DNA of 64,000 bases from Octopus sinensis (GCF_006345805.1 NC_043011.1:35848464-35912463), one strand, 5' to 3'. Shown: positions 11,886 through 24,470, numbered from the stretch's first letter. Made by a program: numbers and translations. The notes: generated from the letters alone by a model not told the origin.

Positions 11886-13059
11886 TCAGGCTGGCGCATC
11901 ATCAATCAGGTCGTACAAGTTAGTTTTCGTTGATAGTGCCATTCCGAAAGTCCCGTGTTTCTCATAACTGTTTTGTAACATAGTCGTTATATTCATATCG
12001 ATTTTACCCTTCTAAAATTGGCTTAGATCAAACACTAAATGCTGGATGAATTCAGAAAAGGTTTGTCAGTAATGGAAGCGTGAAGAAATATTCGTTCCGC
12101 CTATGGAAATGGAGCTTTAGGTACCTGAACAGGTTGGTACGGAAATATTTCTCTCGTATATTTCTTGCAACTTCAGCATGCAAGTTCTGTGAATTGTGAG
12201 CTTCTGAAAACAATAATTGAGAAAGATTCAAAGCAAAGTGCACGTAAATCAGAGAAGCAGTTCAATTCAAGTTATACTTCGATCGTAAAACACCTTCATA
12301 AACTAGGCAGAGCGTCTAAACTTCGTCAGTGTGTCCCTAATCATCTGTTTTCTTTTCAGCTCAATCAAAGAGTGGCCCACTTTTCGTCATTGAAGAATAG
12401 ACTTACCGCCGAAACTTTTCTCTGAATAATCACCCCCAAATGAAGCAAAGTGGATTCTCTATAATCAATATGAAACGAAAACAACAATGTTTAGCACCCA
12501 AACCAGGACTATTCACGAAAAAAAAGGTATTTCTTGTACTTGGTGGAATATGAAGGGTATCGTGAATCACAAAGTATTATGCCAAAACGAAACGCTCAAT
12601 GCGTCGACAGTTGGGAGCATGGCACAAAAATTACCTGAAAAAGCGTCTATCATTGATCAATCATAAAGGAGCATTGCTCTTACCTGATAATGCAAGATTG
12701 CATATTGCACAAATCACACGGGTAAAGATTGTACCACTAAATACAGAGGTTTTGCCGCATCCTCCTTATTCTTCTGATCTTGTTCTATCTAATTGTCATA
12801 ATTTCAGACCATAGAAACATTATTTAGAAGGAAACAGTTCATTGATTCTGAAGAGGTCAACAAATGATGTTAAATGATCTTTGCTTGAAAATGTGAAGAA
12901 TTTTACGTTCGAAGGATCGACGGTTTACCAAACAAATGAGATAATGTTATCAATAATTAGTAGAAATGTTATTTTGATTAAATATGCCAATTATGCAAAA
13001 GAACCATTTGTTTCTCCTCCAACTTGAAATGCGACAGGATTTTCTTTTAAGCCCTAATA
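11886..13059 (+). pseudogene. mariner (D,D34D) transposon relic
   Basis: Frameshifted motifs MLDEFRKG..EA*RNI, QCVPNHL (WVPHEL-like), KWILYN, WWNMKGIV, PDNARLH, LPHPPYSSDL. Right end ...gcgacaggattttcttttaagccctaaTA. Confidence 0.9.
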
Positions 13060-13099
13060 CATAAATGCTCGTCTGTATGTACACACAAACACACACATA

Positions 13100-13149
<50 letters not shown>

Positions 13150-13189
13150 CGCACACACGCATACACACACAAATATATATTCTTTTATT

Positions 13190-13375
13190 CATTTACTTGC
13201 TTCAGACAGTCTCGACAGCAGCCAAGCTGGAGCACCGCCTTTATTCAAAGAAATCGGACTTATTCTTTGTAAGCCTAGTACTTATTTTATTGGTTTCTTT
13301 TTTGCCGAACCTCTAAGTTACGGGGGACATAAATACACCAACATCGGTTGTCAAACAATGGTAGGGCGACAAGCC
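13190..13375 (-). mobile_element. family B SINE 3' half
   Basis: gctggagcaccgcc...gtaagcctagtacttatt...gttacggggg...catcggttgtcaa. Confidence 0.8.
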
Positions 13376-13377
13376 CG

Positions 13378-13411
<34 letters not shown>

Positions 13412-13924
13412 CTTTCGTTTAAACTTCCCTTACATTATCTATTAACGAGCATCACAAAGATAAATTCTCTAATCCAAACACGCCCCCTGTTCCGTAGAAC
13501 TAAAATGTGTTAAGAAGTCATTGTACTTGCTAGTAGCAGCACATTTAGTCCATGTTACTATTTGGTTTGTATAGAATAAAGTTATTAAGTGCAATATGCA
13601 CAAAATTAGTATCACGAAACATCAGTGCATCGTAAAGTTCGAGAAAGTTCGTCTTAAACTCAAAGTATGTACCACTACATAATTCTTTATGTTTTTCCCA
13701 AAACCATAACATGTCTCCCTTTCCTTTTCTGACGCAAGGAAGTCATGTAATCTTTTGTTTCTACCTCTATCTATATCTTAAAATTTTCTAGCGCTTTCTT
13801 CTTTTAATTTTTTCAATTTCCTTCGTTCTTTTACCAATTTCTGATCCCACTTTTATACTTAGTGCAAAGGTTTACTTCGTTTTATTTTCATTCACGCATT
13901 TTCTTTCTATATGTGTCTTTGTAT

Positions 13925-14007
<83 letters not shown>

Positions 14008-14635
14008 ATATATATATAGATATACATATATATATATATATTATATATCTATATATATACTATATATACATTACATACATATATATATATATTATATTAT
14101 ATATATAATATATAGATATCTATATATATATTATAATCTATACATACACACACAATAATATATACAATAATACATACATACATGCATGCATACACAGACA
14201 CATATGTATTTTTACTTCAGAGAATACATATGTATTTATTCAGTCTTTCATAATTTGATATATTTCCATATTGTTATGCCTTTCCTAACACTTGCAATGC
14301 ATACAAAACACACACACGTTGGCCTATTCCTGGTAGAAAGAGATATGAGCGTCTAGTTCTTTGATCAAGTATACAACCGACCAAATGACTGAATTAGTTT
14401 GCGATATGGCAGCGTATTCCATAAACACGAGTACTGTCCAACCATATTTTATGTAGATTTAAAACAGATACAGTGTGATAAGGCAAGTCGTTTAAATTAC
14501 AGCCGTAGTCCATCCGATAGCTTCTACACATTTTTCGTCTACCAATTTTGATCAGAGAATATTTTATCAAACATAGATGCAGTGAGATCAAACAAGACAA
14601 CAGTTTCATGAAGTGAATCTTTTAAACACGCATGT

Positions 14636-14683
<48 letters not shown>

Positions 14684-14731
14684 TAAAAGAATTAAAAAGC
14701 TACCAAAGCAACGTTTTAAGCTTAGACGTTA

Positions 14732-14793
14732 AGAGTCGCTGACGAGGATTAAGACGATCTATATCAGAATCCGAAATCGTTCGATCCGGCTAT
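14732..14793 (+). ncRNA. type I hammerhead ribozyme motif (apparently intact core)
   Basis: CTGACGA 14739-45; stem II GGATT/AATCC; GAAA 14773-76; stem III ATCG-TT-CGAT; predicted AUC cleavage after 14786; stem I AGTCG/CGGCT with further extension. Confidence 0.75.
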
Positions 14794-14885
14794 ATACGCT
14801 AAGTACTTATCTCCCTTTGTCAATCATTGTTAGTAGCAGCACGTTTAGTCCATGTTACTATTTAGTTTGTACATACATACATACA

Positions 14886-14927
<42 letters not shown>

Positions 14928-15160
14928 CGTATAGAGCTGGTCACAATTGCTATTTGGTAAGTGTGATACCACCTTCTCTAGACATGAAGATAACATTTAG
15001 TAAGTCAAAGTATTATGATTTATGTTGTACATTTTTAATCTACCTGAAATTCTCTCTCGCTACTCCCCCTCTCTCTCTCTGTATATATACACATATATAT
15101 ACAACATATATATACAAATATATATATATACATATATAGTTTTATAAAACTCGCCAGAAG

Positions 15161-15445
15161 GTTTTGAAACCCCCCCCACTGAAGAATGTCTCAAAGATGT
15201 GCTGACACGAAACGATCGTAGTGAGTTATTATAATTGTTAATTTTAATTTATATAAATTAGTTTATGTATTGGCTTAAGTCTTTCTTTGTTGATTTGCAT
15301 AATAGTGGTTTTGTCTCTAATATAATATGATATAATATTTTACTATAAAATTGGATTTATATATAAAATGGATTTACTATAAAATTGGATTTTCCCTGTA
15401 AATTTGGATGGATTTATTCCCTAATATTTATTATTATACAATAAT
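15161..15445 (+). mobile_element. Penelope-like pseudo-LTR with HHR motif
   Basis: Colinear with 24221-24470: CTGAAGA-ATGTC...GACAC-GAAACGATCGTA-GTG followed by the same AT-rich body. Confidence 0.75.
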
Positions 15446-15489
15446 ATATATATATAGATATATATAAATAGATATATATACATATATAT

Positions 15490-15728
15490 TACTCTTTTAC
15501 TATTTACTTGTTTCAGTCACTTGACTGCGGCCGTGCTGGAGCACGCCTTTAGTCGAGCAAATCGACCCCACGGGACTTATCCTTGTAAGCCCAGTACTTA
15601 TTCTATCGGTCTCTTTTGCCGAACAGCTAGGTGACGGGGACGTAAACACACCAGCATCGGTTGTCAAGCAATGCTAAGGGGACAAACACAGACACACAAA
15701 CAACACACGCATAACATACATATATATA

Positions 15729-15759
<31 letters not shown>

Positions 15760-15972
15760 ATATATTATATATATATATATAGATATATTAATATAATATA
15801 CATATATACGACAGGCTTCTTTCGGTTTCCGTCTACCAAATCCACTCACAGGCATTGGTCAGCCCGAGAGGCTATAGCAGAAGAACATGCCCAAGATGCC
15901 ACGCAGTGGGACAGAACCCGGAACCATGTGGCTGGTAAGCAAGCTACTTACCACCACAGCCACTCCTGCGCC
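15490..15972 (-). mobile_element. full-length family B SINE with internal microsatellite
   Basis: Head (ggcgcaggagtggctgtg on the minus strand), CORE-like cttgggca, internal (TA)n and 3' tail are all present. Confidence 0.9.
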
Positions 15973-16666
15973 TATATATATATATATATAGGCACACATA
16001 CATACGTACAATATTATATACCTACATATATATATATGTATATAATATATATATATTATATATATATATACATATGTGTACATATGTATATATGCGCGTA
16101 TATATGTATATATATGTTTGCATATATGTTCGTATGTATATATACATACATATATATACACATATATACATATATGTGTGTGCTTGTGTGTGTGTATGTA
16201 TGTATGTACGTATATATTTAGGTATGTATATGCATGTTTACAAACACATACGAACACAATCATAATGAAGAAAAGAGCAATTAAAACACATGTATAGAGT
16301 CAAAGCTACAGCTACCTTCCTGTGTCAGTCTGAATGAATAGAAAACTTTTAATAATTCCAGTTTGAATAGTATTTCATAGAAATATAACTATTGTCTATT
16401 CCGAAGGCTTAAATATGGCGGTGATTCTTTTACAGCCAAATCAGAAAATGGCTGTTTTTCATTGCAATGTCTATTTCCTGTTCCCATCTTTCGTTTTTTC
16501 TTTTCCTTTTCATCACATATCTCAATTTCCATATTATATTTGTTGAAATATTTTCCTGTTGTATTTGTTTTTGTACGATTTTATTGTTGTTCTTATTTGT
16601 GCTGTTGGTTATTAAGGAAATGTGTGGGTTTTTAGAGATAGGTTAAATAATGTTCATTGCTTTATT

Positions 16667-16842
16667 TACATTATTTACACTATTTACATTTGATGGTTAT
16701 TTGTCCACATCTTGTTTGTTGTTAACACAACGTTTCGGCTGATATACGTTTCGGCCTCATGAAGGCTGGAGGGTCTATCAGCCGAAACGCTGTATTAACA
16801 ACAAACAAGATGACAAATATCCATCAAATGTAAATAATGTAC
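16667..16842. mobile_element. fold-back (inverted repeat) Penelope-like remnant with degenerate HHR
   Basis: Arm tttacatttgatgg...aacacaacgtttcggctgata is inverted at tatcagccgaaacgctgtattaac...ccatcaaatgtaaa. Core CTCATGA-AGGCTG...CAGCC-GAAAC. Confidence 0.7.
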
Positions 16843-16997
16843 ATAATTCCACATCTCTTAAATATAGAACTGAATATTCATCGCTGTTGTTCAAATAGGA
16901 ACGTATGTTTAGAAGTAGCTACGGCTGTGGTTTCTAGCAGATCGAACGACTGCATTGAAACTTCTCCATCAGGTAAATTACTCTTTACTTCTCTCGC

Positions 16998-17246
16998 TTT
17001 ACTCTTTTACTTGCTTCAGTCATTTTACTGTGGCCATGCTGGAGCACCGCCTTGAGTCGAGCACATCAACCTCAGGACTTATTCTTTGTAAGCCTAGTAC
17101 TTATTCTATAGGTCTCTTTTGCTAACCCGCTAAGTTACGGGGGTAAATACACTAGCATCTGTTGTCAAGCGATGTTGGGACGACAAGCACAGACACGCAA
17201 ACACACACACATATAAATACATGCATACATACATACATATACATAC

Positions 17247-17306
<60 letters not shown>

Positions 17307-17442
17307 ATATATACAACACACACACACCACACACACCACACACATATATATATATTATATATCGGCCCGAGGATATAGTAGAAGACAGTTGCCCAGGTGC
17401 CACGCAGTGGGACTGAACCCGGAACCATGTGGTTGGTAAGCA
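16998..17442 (-). mobile_element. family B SINE with internal microsatellite and deletion
   Basis: Matches 15490-15972 apart from a missing head/core segment. Confidence 0.85.
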
Positions 17443-18729
17443 CATTTTCGGTCAAAACCTTATGATTGCAATTTGCAGGAAATCAAAGATCGTTTCATAA
17501 CAGGAGATACAAATCCATGAGTACGCACAGATTTAACAACTATTTTCAGCACGATGTAAACTTTTTTTATCCTTTCTTTAGTAATTCAATAAATGGACTG
17601 CGCCATCGTTAGGCACCGCTTTGTAGCTTTGTAGCGTTTTACTCTAAAAGATCGTCTCCAGTATATATATATTAATATATATATATATATACTATATATA
17701 TATATATTATTTAAATGTATATAATATATATTATATATATATTATATATATATATACCCTATATATATATATATATATTATGTATATATATATATGTATA
17801 TATATAATATATATTATATATCTATCTATAATATATATATATATATATACCCATCTATATATATATATGTATATGTATATATATATATTAGTATATATAT
17901 ATATATATCTATATATATATATATATATTATATATATAGATCAATAAATGGTGGGGTGTGTCTCCCTTACTACCACCACAGGAACTGAAGAACCACAATT
18001 ACTACTACTACTTCCTGTCCTGCAAACATGCTGAATTAAACAACACACATGCTCTTAATCCCTTTGGATCTTAACCTCAAGGTGATTTTTCGTGAACAAC
18101 CATAAAACTCAAGATACACAACGAACTCACAATGTATCGGAGAACTTATTTTTTTTAATTTTTTGTACATTTTTATCATTATTCTTTTACAAAAACAATG
18201 CAATTTTCTTTTTTTCCCCTTTCTATTTTTTAAAAAAACTTTTTAAAAACTAAATATTCTGACAAGTCATACAATGACGAAAACCGGTTGAATAAATATA
18301 TATTATATATTTTATCAATTTCTCATTTTATTAAAATTTTCTTTCATTTGGAGCATTCTGCATTTTTAAAAAAATTTTCCTTACCTATATATATATATAT
18401 ATATATATCTATATATATAATGTGTGTGTGTGTGTGTGTGTATATATGTGTGTGTGGTACTTATTCTATTGATCTGTGGTATGGACCGCTAGATTATACG
18501 TGCGTAAAAATCCGATTCTGATTGCAAAGCAGTGGTAGAAGACAAACACAATGACACATATACACACAAAAATACACACACACAAACACATACACAGACA
18601 CACACACACCTTCACACACAGACACATTCATGTGTGTATATTGAAGTATAAATTAAAAGAATATGTGAGAGGTTTTGCGCTGAAAGTAGAAAAAAAATTA
18701 CATTTGCCTTGAGAAGGTTTATTCTTCCA

Positions 18730-18946
18730 CGACCTCGAAATCTCTCGGGTTATACAAGAGACACTGAAAAATTCTTCGCTTTAAGGGTATTGCGAAATAT
18801 CTGGTTGGAGACCCAATTTTCAGAGTTCATTTACAGGGCTTAGGAAAAACTGAAGGACTGCTGCAGCAAGTGCGTGAATCTGAGATGGCAATATGTTGAA
18901 TAAAATTATAATTAACTGATCCTTTTCAGCACCTCCTCGCACATCA
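18730..18946 (+). pseudogene. mariner transposase 3' fragment
   Basis: WLETQFSEFIYRA*EKLKDCCSKCVNLRWQYVE*, then a TIR-like cttttcagcacctcctcg. Confidence 0.55.
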
Positions 18947-19173
18947 TGCATGTCCACCCCAAACCGACCAGTTTCAGGGTAGAAACCTAACTAAAAGCGT
19001 CACATACTTCTCCAGTATGACGCAGTTGAGAATGGAGACTAATAATTTCACGGCACCTTATACACTGATACAGAAATAGTAACAAATCTTAAAAAGGATG
19101 GCAACTGATAGTCGCAAAGTTACGTTCCACGAGCAACCATTCATTAAACATAATGGCGTTAATGCTAATATGT

Positions 19174-19208
<35 letters not shown>

Positions 19209-19498
19209 TGTGTATATATTTGTATATATGTGTATACACATATATACTTATATATACATAAATATGTATGTATGTATGTATGTATGTAAGTATATATATA
19301 TATATTCTTTTATTCTTTTATATGTTCCAGCTTTGAGGCTGCTGCCCTATATACGCACGTATAAGTATGTATGTATGGGTACATATATGTGTGTGTGTTT
19401 GTGTCTGGGTCTGTGTTTATATGCATGCATGGATACATACATACATACATACACATATATATATGTGTCTGTGTGTATGTATATATACGTATATATAC

Positions 19499-19532
<34 letters not shown>

Positions 19533-19778
19533 TATAATGTAATGACATATACGTAGATGCACATATTTATGTGTGTATACAGATAAATATATTTTTATAT
19601 GCACACACACACGCACTCGCACACGCACACACACAAATATTTCGCTACCTACAACACCTTAAGTAAGTCATCAGTATTCTACTGCAAAACCCCGTTATTC
19701 GACCTACTATAAATAGGATACACATTTCAAATTGAACCCGAGAATCTTACCTGAGGAGACACATATCGATAGCAGACA

Positions 19779-19814
<36 letters not shown>

Positions 19815-20045
19815 TTATATATGTATATATTATATATATATTATATATATGTATATATATATATATATACATACATATAATATACATATATATGTTATAT
19901 ATATAATGTATATATATGTATATAATGTATATATATATAGATATATATAATATATATATATAATATATACAATATAATATTATACACACATATATATATA
20001 ATATACACACACACACACACACACCACACACAACACACACACATA

Positions 20046-20076
<31 letters not shown>

Positions 20077-20460
20077 GAAAAGATGAGATAACATGCATAA
20101 ATACGCAAACTAGCATCGAAACATGCAGGAAATGTTGTCGGCGCTGGAGTTTATGATAACACATACTCATATAATGTGTGATATAATGTGCGATATTGTG
20201 TGTGATATTATAAGTGTGTGTGCGTTAGTGTGACTATGCAATAGCGTTCTGTTTTTCTCCTTCCTTTCAACGTTACCACTTCGCTCTGTCGACATGTTTC
20301 TCTCTCTCTTTCTTCCTCTCTCTCTCTCTCTCATTCCGCCTTTGCTTACTACTTCTCTGAGTATAACTCTTCTCAGCCAATATTTTCTCATTCTCTGTTT
20401 TTCCTTGCCGCTATTCCGCCATGTGTGCGTGTACATTATAAATATGTGTGTGTGTGTGTT

Positions 20461-20495
<35 letters not shown>

Positions 20496-20534
20496 GTATA
20501 TATATTTATGTATATACATATATATTTTTATGTA

Positions 20535-20584
<50 letters not shown>

Positions 20585-21458
20585 GTGCTGTGTGTGTGTG
20601 TATAAGTGTGTGTAAGTGTGTAAGTGTTAATGCGTGTGTGTGCGTGCGTATGTGTGTGTTTATATATATACATTTATCTATATACCTATATATATTTATG
20701 CTTGCTTATATATAGATATATATATATCTGTATGTGTGTGTGTTTTCTTATGTGTTTGTATATATACATATATGTGTGTGTGTGTGTGTCCGTGTTTATG
20801 CCAGTGTGTGCGTGTTTATGCGTGTGTGTGTGTGTGTGTATACAGTACACATGTATGTACACGTGCCACGTACGTGTGTGTAGGTTATCTTTCTGAATCA
20901 TTATCACATATTTGAAATCATCGAAGGCGTCTCGTCATGCTGTTGAACAGAACACGTGACCGTATGAGCCACACATAAAATAACAGCTATGAATAGGTGT
21001 TTGCAAAGCGCCTATAATTAATTGGATGAGCGGAATCTTGTAGAAGCTGAACATTTACTTAAGGCTCCAATATCAGAGATAAGCTCCTTCATTTCAGAGA
21101 CAAGGTCCTTCATTTCAGAGATTATCAGTAGCTCAGAGCTAGTTATGTTCGCTTGCTATATATTCTATAATCTCAGATTTATAAACTTATTAAAAAATGT
21201 AAGAAGCATTACATTAGCAGCCAATTTCTCGGGGCTTTATGTATCTCCTATAAAATTTTTTTTTGTGCCATTGTTAAAGAAACTATATGCTATAAACCTC
21301 AGTGTATGTGCAGTAAATATGCACCCAAGTGATTCTTACGAGAAAGAGAAACAAATTTTTCTGTGGATCATTTCGTCATCATTAGCTCCGTAGTTCATTA
21401 CAATTTATAGAATGATTGTTAGCCTTAAAAACATAATGAAAGCAGAGATATACTAAAA

Positions 21459-21723
21459 TTGGGTTGGTGCATAATTATTGCGGCTTTTTTTTTCTTTTGT
21501 TAATAAATTTTATTCAACAAAAACGATAACAAACTGTAACAAAGACGTTTTTGAATGATTATTCTGTAGCATATTCACCATCTACTTTAATTACTGCTTC
21601 CCATTTGCTTGGCAGACAGTCAGACCGTCATTGAAAGATGATTTTGTTAAATATTGTTGTTTTTTTCTTGAATAAAATTTGTTGAAAAAAAAAAAAAGCC
21701 GCAATAATTATGCACCAACCCAA
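21459..21723. mobile_element. mariner-derived MITE
   Basis: Perfect TIRs of about 32 bp, ttgggttggtgcataattattgcggctttttt / aaaaaagccgcaataattatgcaccaacccaa. The minus strand retains the transposase end LPSKWEAVIKVDGEY. Confidence 0.9.
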
Positions 21724-22019
21724 TTGTCTTTCTAAACCAATCTTATATAATAGAACTAACTAATTTAAGCTATTCTCCAGCATTTCGATTCGTTTTTGTC
21801 TTTGAATAGCTGGCTATGCCCTACATGCCTCGGTGAAGAATGTGCTGCAGACACCCAAGAAATTATACTTACCGAAGACCAGTGCCTTTGTCAAGGAGAT
21901 TCTCCTTTGCTATCAACTTAATGTTGGTTCTTCGGAGGATGCAGGATGATAAAATTCAAAAGGAAATAATAAATATTACACGCTTAAATCAGTAAATCTA
22001 AGCATAGACTTTTTATTTT

Positions 22020-22220
22020 CCTTTTACTTGTTTCAGTCGTTTGACTGCGACCATACTAGAGCACCGCCTTAAAAAAGTTTTAGCGCAAGAAATCACTCCT
22101 ACGAGTTAAACTTTGTAAGTTCTTATTCTATCGGTCTCTTTTGCCGAACAGCTAAGTTACGGGTATGTAAACACACCAGCATCAGTTGTCAAGCGATTGG
22201 GGAGACACACACACTCAGAC
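22020..22220 (-). mobile_element. family B SINE 3' half
   Basis: ttttacttgtttcagtcgtttgactgcgacc...ctcttttgccgaacagctaagttacggg...gttgtcaagcg. Confidence 0.85.
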
Positions 22221-22256
22221 AAAGAATCGCACACATAAATATAACATGTGTGTATG

Positions 22257-22293
<37 letters not shown>

Positions 22294-22374
22294 TATATAT
22301 ATATATATATATATTTTGTAAAAAATGAAGTTCGAAAATGCTGCTGTATTATACAATTTTTAATTTTTATATAT

Positions 22375-23876
22375 ACATTATAACATGTTTCAGTTCCTGA
22401 AATGAACCTTATCAAAAAAAGTTATATATAAAAAAAGACAGCTCATGCCGTCAAACACAAGAAATTCATTTATAATACACAACGGAGTCAGACATCTTAG
22501 AGTTCATGTATATGTTGATATATAGTTCATGTATAGTTGATATATAGTTTGAAGTATATGTTCAAAGTGTTCGATGTAGTGCCCCACGGTGGCGATACGT
22601 ATTCAATACAAAAAACAGATCAAAGTGGTGGAAAGCGGTCAATACAGAAGATTGATGTTTCCGAAAGAGCGAGGATTCATTTTTACCTTAAGCAATTGTG
22701 ATGACCCATGGTGGATGTTCGCTGGGTGGATCTAGTGAGTTTTTGTGAAGTGCTCGGTTTTTATAATGCCTGTTAGGTGGTCAATCCAGCGTAGCGTGAC
22801 GTCGTCAACGTTTTGACCAATCGTTTCGTTAGGTGGCTTTATTCAAGCAGAACGGGACGTCATCATCATTTTGACCAATCGCTGCATTATAACTGCCTCT
22901 TGTTTGTTTCCTGTTTTGACCAGTCGCTTCGTTAGTCAAGCAGAACGGGACGTCATCCAGATTCTGCCCAATCACGACTTATAGCTACATTAGATCTGCC
23001 CCCTGTCTGTACTTGTTAGGTGACTAGTCAAGCAGAAAAGGACGTCATCAATATTCTGACTAATGACTGTCCCTGTTTGTATCCTGTCCATTCTAGCAGC
23101 TAGACGTCATCAACTTGTTGACCAATCAGAATCGGGTCTGACCCTTAGCTGTATCGTATGTATCAGGGTCAGATTTGCACGAAAGAATTTTTTTCCTTTT
23201 TTACTAAGGCATATTTCCGTCAGAGCGAGTGTCTGTTTAAAGTAGGGCCGGGCCGTGGAAATTTTGCTTCTCCTTTTCGGAGGACTTATCTTTTGTTTTA
23301 GTATTCCTGGCCCAGGGTGTTTAAACTTGGTCTAAATTTTTTTATGAAATATAGTTCTTTATTTTGGCGTTGTGTGAAGGTTGCGTTGTCACTGAATTTA
23401 TAGAGCGGTTTAGTTGTAAATTTCGGATTTACATTTCCAGCACATCTATCTGTGTGTCCCGCTGACCGGTATTTTGCGGTAATCAGGGTTTCTAATTTGT
23501 GATTTATGCACCGCCATCCTGTTACGTAAGCTATTTTTTGTATGGCCTATATACTGCCTATTGCAGCCTGCGCATGTTATGACGTAAATTAAGTTTTCTG
23601 ATGCGCAGGTACGTTTGTTCTAATGGTGAACTGGTGGCCTTGTTCCAGTATAAATTCTGATCCTTCTTTCAAGATGACACAGATTCCGCAGTTGGGCCTT
23701 CCACATTTTCTAACTGCTGGTTTTGTGGTTGATGTTGAGTGCAGTGTAGCTTGGGTTAAAATCCTTTTCAAGGATTTTGGTTGCCGTTTACTTTTAATGA
23801 TGGTGTGTGTTTCGAGGATCCGGTTCATCTTTGGGTCTCCCTTTAGTAGGGTTGTGCTTTGTAGTATGGTGTTGAA

Positions 23877-23880
<4 letters not shown>
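22375..23880 (-). mobile_element. 5'-truncated Penelope-like element: GIY-YIG endonuclease fragment plus long 3' region
   Basis: Minus strand 23880-23298 with two frameshifts: SKRQPKSLKRIL..KCGRPNCGIC..TCASENLIYVITCAGCNRQYIGHTKNSLRNRMAVHKSQIR..GHTDRC..KELYFIKKFRPSLN. Assignment of 22375-23297 to the same element is inferred. Confidence 0.85.
22798..23127. promoter_or_regulatory. five CRE-like/CCAAT composite modules (GACGTCATC-N7-TGACCAATC)
   Basis: Modules start at 22798, 22856, 22949, 23041 and 23103, each with an exact 7-nt spacer. Function is inferred. Confidence 0.55.
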
Positions 23881-23906
<26 letters not shown>

Positions 23907-23912
<6 letters not shown>

Positions 23913-24470
23913 TAAATTAGAGACAAAACCACTATAATGCAAATCAAACAAAGAAAGACTTAAGCCAATACATAAAATAATTTAGAGTTTATTATAAGTA
24001 AATTTTTATTTAGATTATATAGATTATCTATATCTTAAAAATATTGAATTATATATATATATTATATATATTATATAAATTAGAGACAAAACCACTATAA
24101 TGCAAATCAAACAAAGAAAGACTTAAGCCATACATAAAATAATTTAGAGTTTATTATAAGTAAATTTTTATTTAGATTATATAGATTATTTATATCTTAA
24201 AAATATTGATTATATTTTAGGTTTTGAAACCACCTGAAGAATGTCTCATAAAGTCCCTGACACGAAACGATCGTAGTGGTTATTTTAATTAAATTTAATT
24301 TATATAAATTATTTTATGTATTGGCTTAAGTCTTTCTTTGTTTGATTTGCATTATAGTGGTTTTGTCTCTAATTTAATATAATATAATATTTTACTATAA
24401 AATTGGATTCAATCCTAAATCTGATTTTTCCCTGTAAATTTGAATTTATTCCCTAATATTTATTATTATT
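23907..24470 (+). mobile_element. Penelope-like pseudo-LTR with HHR (24228-24281) preceded by two inverted partial copies
   Basis: 23916 and 24079 (offset 163) are reverse complements of about 24311-24378. HHR: AACCAC-CTGAAGA-ATGTC..GACAC-GAAACGATCGT-A-GTGGTT. Confidence 0.8.

Noticed and set aside
19625-19685. CTGATGA...GAAATAT on the minus strand as an HHR
   Set aside because: No stem I complementarity, and extra bases lie between stem II and GAAA.
21022-21393. 123-aa + strand ORF
   Set aside because: Starts at TTG, has no domain, and is partly explained by the 21-bp tandem repeat.
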